From Dimorphilus gyrociliatus (Eukaryota > Animalia > Annelida): 64,000 bases of DNA. A program made the position numbers and the translations under genes. Location: positions 2,349,713-2,413,712 of the forward strand of contig CAJFCJ010000004.1 in assembly GCA_904063045.1 (NCBI GenBank). Direction: 5' to 3'. Positions 12,422 through 24,622 of this stretch are shown piece by piece (position 1 is the first letter of the stretch; each line of letters opens with the position of its first letter). The notes under the pieces were generated by a model. That model was not told where the DNA came from, searched no databases, and worked only from the letters and a program-made list of their open reading frames with translations.

Positions 12422-13486
12422 CTTTTAGGTATAGTAACTTTGCAACGACTTAAATATTTGTTACCTGTTTGTCCATTGTCTTTATATTGTTCTACTTTTT
12501 TCTGAAATGTAACCTTAGCCTTCTATTGATTACTATTTATCTTCACAGTTATATTGGTTATACAATGTATATATATATATATATATATATATAGTATATA
12601 CTGTAGATAATCTGTACTTGTACTATACATATGTATATAAACGTTGTACGTACGTATTGTAAATCGCTTGCGTAGTATTGTAAAACAATACTAATTTGTT
12701 AATTTAATAACGTTATAGTTATAAATTTAGACAGAATCAGATATTTTTCTAAGGTGCATCTTTAGACAATTCTAGACAATTTTAGTGTACTTAGTAATAG
12801 GATTATTAAAGAAACAGACACAGACACACAGACACACACACACACACACACACATACACACATACATACATATTTATATAAAGTATATATACAGTATATA
12901 TACCCATAAAAAGGTATAGCTTGTTATAAATTGATTTTAGAACTTCAAAAGTAGAATTTCTCTCTTTCTGTCTCCCTCCCTCTCTCTCTCTCTTATTTAC
13001 TTAATATATATATAAAGTAAAATGCACTGAGTTTTTTAATTAAAATAAGTATAAAAAATGTACTATATATATTATACGAAAGAGAGCACACATATATATA
13101 ATATATACAGTATATATAAATTTATATATCTATATACATATCTATGCTTTTTTGTCCATAGTATACACTGTTGATATGTAATTTTTAACACTATTTATAG
13201 AGATATGTTTTATTTGATAAATAGGACTATATTAAAATTTTCACAGATGAAATTCAAAAAATATAATGATAAACAACAATTAAAAATTTTCATTCGATCA
13301 ATAAAAACAGAAATATAATTTCTCTGAGATAGAAACGAATAATGAAATTTTAAATTCAATTTTTACATTCGCATTGAAGAAATAGCATCAAATATAAATT
13401 TTTGCATTGTTGTAAAGACTAAAGACATACCGATTAATTTTATTTTATGTCAGTTAATGTTCACATTTAAATTTAAATTTGTACAT

Positions 13487-13488
<2 letters not shown>

Positions 13489-13525
<37 letters not shown>
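13489..13525 (+). repeat. (AG)n microsatellite
   Basis: Perfect dinucleotide run. Similar GA/CA tracts lie near 6034-6076, 12826-12868, 14168-14240, 45806-45830, 57706-57732 and 61687-61705. Confidence 0.95.
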
Positions 13526-13528
<3 letters not shown>

Positions 13529-14328
13529 AATGATAGATAGAGGGGGAGATAAGTATACTGTATATAATTTATATATCTATATTTTTATATATAGAAAGTC
13601 TGCAGATAGAAGATATTTAAATTAACAATAGTATCATAATTGTTGGAAAATCACTAAAAAAATGCTAAAAAGGATTAGTTAAACCATTAATTAGAATATG
13701 CAAATGAGAGTTTACAAGAATTTCTAAATTGTAACTAAATATCTTATACTAATCAATTCTTAATTTTACTATCCGCATAGAAGTGTAGATATTCCGCCTT
13801 AACCTTAAAAGTTATTAAAATAATTGATAATATATTTTGAAAACGTAGTCTGTTCGCTTTCTGCCGCATGTGCTGCCAGCGAGAGCTATTCTACATTAGA
13901 TATATTCAGTTAGCTTCGAATCGTTGTATCAACTGTTTTAATTTTGATACATTTATACTACATAAATATATATACATATAATATATATATACATATATAT
14001 ATATATAAATACATGAATATATACAGTATACTTCTGTATTTTTATGTATACACATATATCTATATATCTATATATATATAAAGTTTATAGTTTCTTTAGT
14101 GGATTTAATTATATTTAATTTTTGAAGCTATAGGAGCTATATACATTTAAGGAGAGACAGATAGATAAATAGAGAGAGAGAGAGAGAGAGAGTGAGGGAG
14201 AGAGTGAGGGAGAGGGAGAGAGAGGAGGAGAGAGGGGGAGAAACAGAGAGGTGGGGAGTGAGATAGATAAACTGACAGAGAAACAGACATACGGAGAGAG
14301 AGAGAAAGAGAAAGAAAAAAAACAAATG

Positions 14329-14363
14329 TGCAAAGGAAATAGCTAAATTAAGATGGCTGAATA
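14329..14363 (+). repeat. 35-bp element following a GA microsatellite, copy 2
   Basis: Near-identical to 10219-10253. Confidence 0.7.
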
Positions 14364-14922
14364 GATTAGTTAGGGAACTTATCACTTTTATCTAAACGGA
14401 GCTTTTTAAGGAGACTGAGAATATTAATCTGCCTAGATTTTCTATTTAAAAAAATAACGAAGAAAACAGTGTTAATTTCCTATTCGGTTAGTGAATTATT
14501 ATAATATACTTGATATATAATCATCCATGATAAGTTTAAATGTTGGATTACGTTAATTTATACGTTAAATAAGATGTTAGACAATATGGCGACATGCTAA
14601 TGTCTGAGAGATATGGTCGGCGACTATATATGTATATGTATTTATATCTTATATATAAATTTATATATATAGATTCTTTAAAATCTCCTTATATTTTCTT
14701 GTTTTTTGAAATTTTATATAGGATTGATTTAATGATCTAAACAATCGTAGGTATTATATTATAATGCTCAGCAGATACCTTTATTGTTAACATAATGCTT
14801 GCCAGCGAATGCAGTCGCGTGCAATACTTATCTATGTTTACTATTTGTAGTGCTAGTATATATATATATATATATATAGTACAGTATATAGTGATGTATA
14901 AAATGCTTTTTGCAGCTTGAAA

Positions 14923-17340
14923 ATGAGATTAAGGTCGTTTAGGAGTGGTAGTTTTATCCTTAAATTTGGTACATTCTTATTATTCATCGAGCTATTCTAT
15001 GTCATTCATTTAATAATCTCAAATATTGTTTGGACCGATATGGACGGTAATATTCTCTTCTTGATGTTAAATAAAGAACACAGAATCGATCGATTTTTAA
15101 AGTCGTATGAAGGAGATTGCGAAATTTCGCTTAGGAAACAGAATTTGCGAAAAAATACTACGCTATGCGATTGTCTACCATCTGTGACAGGTAATGTTTT
15201 ACAATATCTATACATCTGGTTCAAAATTTAACATAGCTCTAAAAATTATAGAACATAAAATCACCATAAATACAGCTCGCACCCCAACATGGAATGAAAT
15301 TGCTAATAAATATAATAAGACTTTATCTTCTAAGGGGGAATATAAACCAAACGATTGTGAACCTCTCCAATCAGTCGCTATCATAATTCCCTATATGAAA
15401 CGTGATAGTCATTTAAAAATACTAATAAATCATCTTCATTTCATACTACCCCGGCAAAAAATTCATTATAGGATTTTTGTTATTGAACAAAATAGCCCTT
15501 CCATTTTTAACAAAGCTGCAATTATGAATATTGGATTTGTTGAAGCAGGAAAGCTATTCAATTTTACTTGTTCCATATTCCACGATGTTGATATGCTAGC
15601 TGAAGATGGTAGGAATATGTATAATTGCCTTTATTCGCCAAGGCATATCGGTAGCCATGTAAACAAGTATGGCTATAGACTTTTCTATAATGAACTTATT
15701 GGAGGTGCATTAGCAATAACGCCCAAACATTTTCGACGTGTTAACGGATATTCCACATCATTTTACGGCTGGGGAGGAGAAGATGATGATATGAAAAATA
15801 GGTATCACTCTTTTTCCTAATCTAAGAAATTAGACTATTAATTAATATTTTAAGTAATTTAAAATGTTTGTTATTAAAGATTAGACGCTTTCGTAGAATT
15901 TTTGTGTTTAACTGATTTTGTTTTCGTTCTATTATAATTAAAGATTGTCTGCTCAAAGTCTTAAGATAACAAGATTTCCCAAGGAAATATCCAGATTTAC
16001 AATGCTTAAGCACGAACAAGACAAGCACAATCCGACAAACAAGTTCCGGTAAAAATTTATAATTATGATTATAACGCATGAATTATTAATTTAGTATTAA
16101 TTAATATTTTATTTAATAACGTAATCCAGACGTAGCGCAGTCGACACTAGGAAATTAGTGTACGAAAAGGATGGACTGAATTCATTAAACTATTCAATAG
16201 TTGAAACACGAGAGAGATCTTTATTTACTCTAATAAAGGCTAATTTGTGTAAGTTATACTATTATCAACAGTTTAGAATAATTTCTTTACTAATACTATA
16301 GTAGGCTTATATTATATATGAATGTATAAGAAAAAATAATTTAATAACCCTATATTGCTTGTAAATAATTAAAACACATCTATAGATGGCTTTATTATTT
16401 CTAATTGTAACTAATATAACAATTTATTATCTATTTTTAGACATATCTCAACACAATCAATTTAATAAGATTAAGGGTAGTTGTAAAGAAACAAGATATT
16501 TTCTTACCAAATCCATATCTACGGACTCAATTGAAGATTGCTCAATACTATGCTATAACGATCAAAGATGTTTATCGTTTGATTTTTATGCTAATTATTG
16601 TCGAAAGCATTTCAAACCATGCGTAATTGAGGACTCAAACAAAGAGAATCGTTATGTGTATGATAAGAAAGAAAAAAGTAAATATTTAAAGTATTTCATC
16701 TATGAACAAATAGACACGTTTACGTGTGTACAAAATAGAATGGAAACATTCGGTCTATAAAATAGACTTTACTCTTTTCAGTATCTTCTATTCAAGTTGC
16801 CTTCAATATGAAATTAGGGATTTGTAAATCAAAGACTATGGGTTTTACCGAATACTCTTTACACGAATGTGCTCGCCTCTGCCAAAATGATTTAAAATGC
16901 CATGCATTTTCTTATAATTTCAATCCTGATAGCGATCAACCCCTCTGCCAAAGGAAGAGTAAACAATGCTCCGATTTACAATCTTCTTCAGACTTTTATA
17001 CATTCTCTCGAAAATCGTTTGTCAAGTATTATTTAGATAGTGATAAAATCTATTACATCACTCAGGGTGATTGTTATGGCAATGATCTCATTCCAGCGTT
17101 TATCTCGTATTCTGTTGACTACTGCGCAAGTAATTTTTCTATTCCATATGATACTATTTCTATTTTTGACATTTTTTATCTTTCCTCCTACAAGTTAAAT
17201 GTTGGAAGAATCGTGGCTGTCTAGGATTTGTCTTCTCTAATCAGAACTGTTACCTAAAAAGAAAAGTTTGTGATTCTCAAACACGAGATATTGAATCACA
17301 CTTTTTTATTAAGTTAACAAAAGGATTAACAGAAGAGTGA
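14923..17340 (+). CDS. GT7 beta-1,4-Gal/GalNAc-transferase fused to three C-terminal PAN/Apple domains (paralog A)
   Basis: Exons 14923-15190, 15237-15801, 15944-16048, ~16126-16248, 16441-16677, 16782-17129, 17195-17340, all phase-compatible GT-AG. N-terminal TM; VAIIIPY, FNKAAIMNIG, FHDVD, GWGGEDDDM, MLKH, DGLNSLNY; then three 6-Cys C..C-x3-C-x5-C-x2-F modules. Confidence 0.88.
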
Positions 17341-19452
17341 ATAGGAATAGACAAAGACAATGATGAAAGAGTGAATAAAGAGGATAGAAAATAGAAGAGA
17401 ATTAAACGTTAGTTGAGGACATTCTTCTAGGAAATTGAAATATTTAAAAAAAATATTGTTATTAAAAAAAATCATAAAGATGTTTATGTTCAATGTAATA
17501 TACTTATTGGTGCATGCAGCAATTATTCAATATCTCTCAATATATCTTTTTTCCGCTTAAAATATGACGCATTACTTAATAAGATATAATAGCACGGTTT
17601 GTATTTTAATATTGAAAGTAATTCAATATTAATAATCTATTGTTAACCTTCATTTCAAAATAGATTGTCACAGTATAAACGTAACTATAAGTTAAATGAA
17701 GAATGTTGGATCGTGTGAAAAAGATAGACAGATAGACAGAGAGAGAGAGAGAGAACGAAAGAAAAAACAACAGAGAAAGCATTAGAAAGGGGAAATAGTT
17801 TATAAAATAATTTTTCAAACTGTCTAAACTATCTTTGTCACTTTTTGCTAGTCGATTTTTGTTCTTGTTTATAAAAACTAAGAGAACATTAAGAGAAGAG
17901 AAGAGAAGAGAGAGACTGATTTAGAAAAAGAGATAAAAAATTAGTTTTTTTGTTGTTTCTTTTTTTAACAGTGAACGCTTTATATCTAGAAAACTCTGCT
18001 TTAAATCTGAATGATATATGGCAGTTTGTCTACTAAGTAATCTTAGAAAAAAAAGCGAGAAAGAGAGAGAGATATATATGCTCGGATGTGAGATAAACGG
18101 TAAACAATGCAAAAGTAACTACGTAGTAAAAAACAGGCTCATGCCTGAACTCAACTATAACGTCTTACAAATTTATAATGTCTGACATGTTTACGATAAT
18201 ACATCTGCTATATAGAATTGTACTTATGCCGGGTATTTAATTGTTAACTGTACATCGAAGCATTAGTTGTCAAATTGAACCATGGATATGGAATATAATT
18301 AAAGCAATGACCATAATTTAAAAAGTGAAACGCTGAAAATTTTTTACTAAAAACACGCACATATGTTGAAAAAAATTCAATATCCGTATGGTGTTTGGTG
18401 CATACTTACTATATATACATACAAGTATACTTTGTACACCTTGTCTTCACTTTCAATAAATAATCAATGAATATTGAAACAAGAAAATTAGGATACTGAC
18501 ACGAGTACTAGAAAAATAATCTGCCTTATTACGTAATAGAAACAGGCTTTAAAAAGCCTTTAGAAGGAGATCAATAAAACAGACTTAGTTAGACAGTTTA
18601 TGATAAATTTGCTAGTAAAATATTTCAATGTACTTGAACTTTGCTATCGTAGTTTTTTGCTATATTTAACAAAGAGTTAATGAAAGTTATTTGACTATAT
18701 CCAATTCAGTTAATTTTCATTTCAAATGATTAACATCTAAAGAGGAACATCTGTCGCCCTCTTACGTTCAAAATATAAATAACTATATATAAGCCGAAAA
18801 TTAGATAATTTGTCACTAAGAAAGATACAAATATTAAAACTAGATATTTGAAGAAAGATAACGCGAAAGATATTAATACGACCTAAGATAGTATTTTGTT
18901 TGTTTAATTGAAATCACACGGAGATAGTCAAAATTACAATTCTGCGAAGATTTACCTTTTATTGAAATTATTCTATTTTAAGAAATTCAAGTATTATTAT
19001 TAATGTCACAAATTTTATTGTTCTCTTTATCAATAAAACGATATAATAGCAACATTATATAAATAATAAAATATACGTAATATAGCATTTTTATAAAATT
19101 CTAATTCGCTAATGCCTGATGCTATACTGTACACCTGGACGTAAGTAGAGAGAAAATGAGAACGATGTAGAAATAAGAATGTTAACAAAATGCTTCATAA
19201 GGAATAAGATGAACGAAATTTCTCATCGTAGAAATTTATAAGTTGTAAGATATTCAAATTGGATTGATATTTCTTTACTTCCTGTTAGATAACATATGAT
19301 AATCTTTGGAATTTTCAACATTAAAGTCCACTTATCTTTAAAAAGATTTTATTATTTGGTAGGCATCAATAGTTTTTTTTATAGATAAACGCCTTTAATC
19401 TATATTCTTTCAGTGTTGTTCTTTGCTTTCAGTTGTCATATACTGTATATGT

Positions 19453-22400
19453 TTAATTTGTTTTTTTAATTGTTTTTATTTTGCGGCGGCGAATGATGTT
19501 TCTCCAATGTTTATGTACGCCTTTCCTATTAAATGTTACGTGTTCTGACTTTTTCACAATACTTCGATCTGGACAAATAAATCTTTTTCGTCGGCACGGG
19601 GATGTTGAATTATTAACAAATGTAAAAGCTTGACATCTTTTATCATTATAGCATTGTTTAGCACAATCAAATAAAGTATATTTAGCACTATTTGGAAAAG
19701 TACGTATCTTACATGAGCCATATTTAATGTCGAAATGCTTTTCTATTGAAAATTCTATCAAATTTTTAAAATAGAAGATGTAAATATAAAAGAAACGGAA
19801 ATATAGTTTAATAACGTACCAGACTCCTTTCTTATGTAAATATTGGTGTTAGAAGTTGGATTAATGGAGCAAGTTTTATAATATAATTTACAATTCATTG
19901 ATATAAGCGTGAACGTTACGCAATAAGCATTATTAAAACATGCTATTGCGCAATCTTCTATTGAGTTGGCATCTTCTATTAAATCTTTAACTGTATTGTT
20001 TGAACAAATTCCCTTTTTCTTATTAAAAAAAAAAGTTTGGGCTATATCTAAATAAATGAAAAATTTGATTAATTAAGAAGGTAAATTAATTAATAACAGT
20101 TTAATTTACTTAATTTGAGTTGTAATAATGTATAAGTTGGTTTTAAAGTAAAACTGTCAATTGAATAGTTTACGGTATTTAATCCATATTTCTTTATATC
20201 GTTTAATGACTTATGTAAAAGTAGGAAGGATTCTCTAAAACGAAAAGTAAAGGACTATAGTAGTTATAAAAGTAAACTGTTAGCAATTTACCTAAATCTA
20301 TTTGGTGGATTCCATTTATCTCTTTCATGAGTTATCATTGTATATTTAGCGAGAGGTTGAGGATATCTTGTAATGTTTAATTTATTTGCTCGTAGCCTTT
20401 TAAGGAATTAAATATTTTAATTCTCAATGAGAATTAGTATAATTATTTAAATTACCTTCCTAACATATCTTTATCTTCATCTCCCCAACCGTAAAATAAA
20501 ATATGAAAACCATTTATTGCTTTAAATTGTTCTTTTTTTATGGATAAAACACCACCAACGTGACATTGGCAGGGAAAAGTATAATTATACTTTTGAACTA
20601 ACGCTCCTAAATGTCGTGGAGCGTCGACACAATTGTACATGTGCCTTCCATCTTCGACAAACATATCAACGTCGTGAAATATTAAACAATCAAATTTGAA
20701 GATTTTATCAATTTCAATGAATGCTGCATTCATAATTGATCCTTTATTAAAGGTTTTAGGCGAAATTTGTTCAACAACAAATATTCTATAGTGAATTTTT
20801 TGACCTTTTAATACCCTATGCAGATGATTTAAAGATAGTTTCAAGTGTTCTTCCCTATCTCTATATGGAATAATAATGGCAACGGTTTCTAACGATTGAC
20901 AATTACTAGGTAAAAATTCACCGCCAGAAATTAAATTGCTAAAATAATTATTAATACTTTTCCAAGTGAGAGAATTCGTATTAATGTAAGGAGCAATTTC
21001 TTTCACTAAAAGTAATTAAAAGTATTATTTACAAGGAGTTTTTTTTAGTATGGAATTGATAATCTTTACTTGTGGAATCTGGTAAACATTCGCAAAACTT
21101 CTCCCTATCTCTTCTTAATTGCTTATTACAATTATATTTATATTCATTCAAAAATGTTTCAGTTTTATAGTTGCTCTCTAAAAGGACTGGACCTATATAA
21201 AATAAACAAATATTTCAATTGTTTATATTAATTAATTGAAAAATTAATTGAATTTTCGTTTGAATTCTATCTAATTTGCATTATTCTTGTTATCTCTAAA
21301 TACTAATTGTACCCTAAAATATATATATATATATACATTTATATACATATAATGTCATAATACTATAATATACAGTTATATGACTGTAAACAGTAAAGCA
21401 TTCCTCAAAAAGTATTTATATTAATGCATACACTTGATATTTTTATTAAACTGTACTTATTGAAGGATTTTCTTTTCCTCTCTTATTTATTTTTAACTTT
21501 AATAATTTACAGTCTTTCAAAACAAATACGGCTTTATCATAAATACCTTTTATCGCTATTAAATACGCTGAAAAAGATCTTTGAAGTTTGAGCTCGTAAA
21601 TCTAAATATAGAAAAGAGATGATTGACTAGTATTAATATTCGAATACTATATAAACATTAATTTTATCTCTACAGTATATGTAATAATATATACAGTACC
21701 GTTGTTCTTATTTTGACTGTTATTTACAGGATATTATATTTTTTAATGCCTTAATATTTTGTGTGCATACCCTTAGCTTTCTACAACTGCCCTAAGCCTT
21801 CTTTCCACTGTCTCATATAAGAATTAAATTTCCAATTCTGAAATTTTAAAAAATTCCTCTCTGAACATCTCCCGCAGCTCATCCTTGTTTCTTGGCTTAT
21901 GTGCCATTAAACATTTTTTGCATATGCCCCATATTTGCTCAATAATGTTCAGGTCTGGGCTGTTTGCTGGCCATGGATTCAGTGTTTCTACTCCCTTTCT
22001 CTCAAGGTATGCTTTTGTTCTGGCTGCTGTATGACAGCTAGCCCCATCCTGCTGGAAAATTTCCCCTGTCCTATAATTTGGGACAACATGACTGCTCAAA
22101 ATTTTGACATAATCTGAAGCTGTCATGCGATTAGGCACTAAAGCTAGGCCCCTATCTCCGTTAAACTTAATATAGCCAAACACCATGATATTCCCTCCCT
22201 CAAATTTTACTGTTTTTGTGGTATATTTGGGGTCGTTCCGTTTACCTGGTGGCCTCCTAACAAACTCCCTCCTCCTGGGATGCAGCTCAACCTTTGATTC
22301 ATCAGAAAAAATTACCTGCTTCACTGTTGTTAGAGAAAGAGATATAGGTATACCAGAATTATATAATACCTGATGGGCTGTCCACTTTGGGTTTGATTTA

Positions 22401-23057
22401 GATGCCCTGGTAATTTGCCTTTCCATCTTTGGTGTCACTTTTTTTGGTCTACCACTTCTTTGTTTATCTTTGACAGTTTTTAGCTCTTTAAATTTATTTT
22501 TTATGTTTTGTACAGTAGTTGGACTACATTTAAAAAGCTTTACCACTTTTCGAATAGACATTTCAGGTCTCTGAAGACAATTTAAGATAGAAATTCTTCT
22601 GGCTTCAGATAGCTTCACCATTTTTATTTTAAATTTGTCAACTGTTAGATTACACATGCGCACACACATAAATGACCTTAAAATCTGGTTAAAAGTGACA
22701 CTACTCAATGTTCAGGGTAAATTTTTTGAACATAACTGATGCTTGTGCTTTTCCATAAATAAGCCTATCAGATTAAAGTGATCATATTTCTGAGATTTTA
22801 AATGAAAAGTATATATTTTCTTTCTATAATGATAAGAAGAATATTATTAATTGTAATAATATCCTTCATTTTCATTCTTTAAGTACGAAAAGAGAAAAAA
22901 TCAAGAAAATATTATTTTTTTGAGGTGTAACAGTGACTTACCGCCGGTACTGTATATAATTCATTAATTATATTATACGAACCATTGTAATTAGGCCAAT
23001 TGCTGGCAGGATACAAAATAAGATATGCAGCTGTCGTTTTCTTGGCAGTTTTATCAT
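19453..23057 (-). CDS. GT7 glycosyltransferase fused to two PAN/Apple domains (paralog B)
   Basis: Exon 1 23057-22983 (MIKLPRKRQLHILFCILPAIGLITM, inferred from phase and similarity to paralog C), exon 2 21601-21547, exon 3 ~21192-21070, catalytic exon 21005-20456 (VAIIIPYRDR, FHDVD, GWGDEDKD), two more GT exons, then PAN exons ~20041-19820 and ~19754-19453. Confidence 0.85.
21694..22952 (-). mobile_element. Defective Tc1-like DD35E transposon in intron 1 of paralog B
   Basis: TA-flanked ends beginning CAGTACCG with an imperfect ~28-bp TIR. Transposase 22621-21751 has paired HTH, GRPKK, FSDES, FQQDGASCH and SPDLNIIE (35 residues between D and E). It has a ~50-aa in-frame deletion before FSDES, an in-frame TAA at 21824-26 and a +1 frameshift before AKGMHTKY*. 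Confidence 0.9.
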
Positions 23058-23682
23058 TGTTATATAATGAGAATTCAATAATACTAGTTGATGGATGTTG
23101 ACTAAATTTCTCCCTTTTCTTTAAAAATATAACCTGCAGAAATATTTACAGGTTTTTTATAAAAACTACTAGAATGTACTTGATAGAAAATATATTTTTT
23201 ATCTGATAATAAATTACTGTAACTTCTCACGGAAAAGATTCGTAAAACGAGTCTCCTTTTACATTGTTGTCTATTTCCAGTTTGCCATTTTTGTGTTTTT
23301 CCTTCTGTCTTTAAAAAAATCCGTTACTTTTCTTTCGTCTTTTTCGCTATTTAGTCTATGTTTAATGTAATTTATATACATAATGTATTTATGTAAACGC
23401 CTAAATCAACTCCATTTTCATATAAGATACAATGCACACGTTTTGACAGCAAATAGTCCAATGAAATTTAAAAAAACAATAAGCCAGAAGTGCAGAGCGA
23501 AGACTTGTGGCCATATTGTTGAAATTTTATATATAGAGATCAGCCTTGCAGCATACTTTCTTCTTGATAATATCTTGTTATTTTCGAAAATATAAAACTA
23601 TTAAATGATACTTGGATACTTTACACAATAAAGAATTATCACCACAAGGCACATACGATCTAATACTTCATAGAGAGGATTT

Positions 23683-23778
23683 GATAGGTATCCTCCTAGT
23701 GACTTGTTCATCAATAGAAAATGTCAGACAAATGCAATGGGTACCTATGTAGATAATTTTTCAGGAGGATACTTATAT
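23683..23778. repeat. Short inverted repeat (about 13-bp core, ~65-bp spacer)
   Basis: tgataggtatcctcct ... aggaggatacttatatca. Confidence 0.45.
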
Positions 23779-24622
23779 CATAATACTTTATGATACAACT
23801 TGTTAGAGAATACGTACAGCATTATTAATTGAGAAATAAGATATATATCGATAAAATGGTAAAAAAGACGCCAATTAGAAAGAAACCACTATTACTTTTT
23901 CGAATAGTTTTTTGAAACACGTTCTTTAAGTGTTCAATTAGCAATTTATTGTTCAATTACAACTTGCTTTATAATTAAATCTGCAAATAACTGTTATATA
24001 AGATTACTTGGAATAACATAAATATTTTAATATTTAAGTATTAAAATATAATTATTACAAAATACGATAATTACTTTATTACAAGTAAACCAAAGTAGAA
24101 ACATTCATTATTCTTTTCCTAGTCTATTTAACTTCTTTAAATTAACTGGTTTTGAATTAGCAGCTTTAATTGATTAGATAAAAACTGGAACCATGTTGCT
24201 AAATGATTAACATACTTATAAATATTCATTCATTCATTAACATATATTTATTATTACTATTGTAAAGTAAATTCAGTCAGTAAAATGTATTATCAATATT
24301 TTGAAAATATAAGAGTTTTATAATTACTATTAAATGAAATATTTATGAAATATGCAAGTTTTAACAAGGAGATAACAATTATCAATGTAACAGCTATTAA
24401 ATATCCCATTAAACGTCATGTCTTTTTTTATAAATAGACATTTATTGCTGACTGTTCTTGATGAAAAGCCTAAAAAATTTTCACAAAATCTATTAAACAA
24501 TACAAAGTTAAATACTGCTTAGTATTTACTCAGAAATAAAAGAACTTTATACATTTCAATATATTATATACTATACTATATTAATATTACATAAGATTAT
24601 TATATTATATTGTCTATTAGAC

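Noticed and set aside
14115-14385. Leu/Ser-rich ORFs
   Set aside because: Translations of a GA/CT microsatellite tract.
16386-16440. Apparent signal peptide MALLFLIVTNITIYYLFL, implying a stand-alone PAN gene
   Set aside because: It is the T-rich 3' end of an intron; the acceptor at 16440 joins in phase to the GT7 exon.
23390-23600. Minus-strand hydrophobic 59-codon frame (…WPQVFALHFWLIVFLNFIGLF…)
   Set aside because: No start codon or connectable upstream exon; hydrophobic frames arise easily in T-rich DNA.
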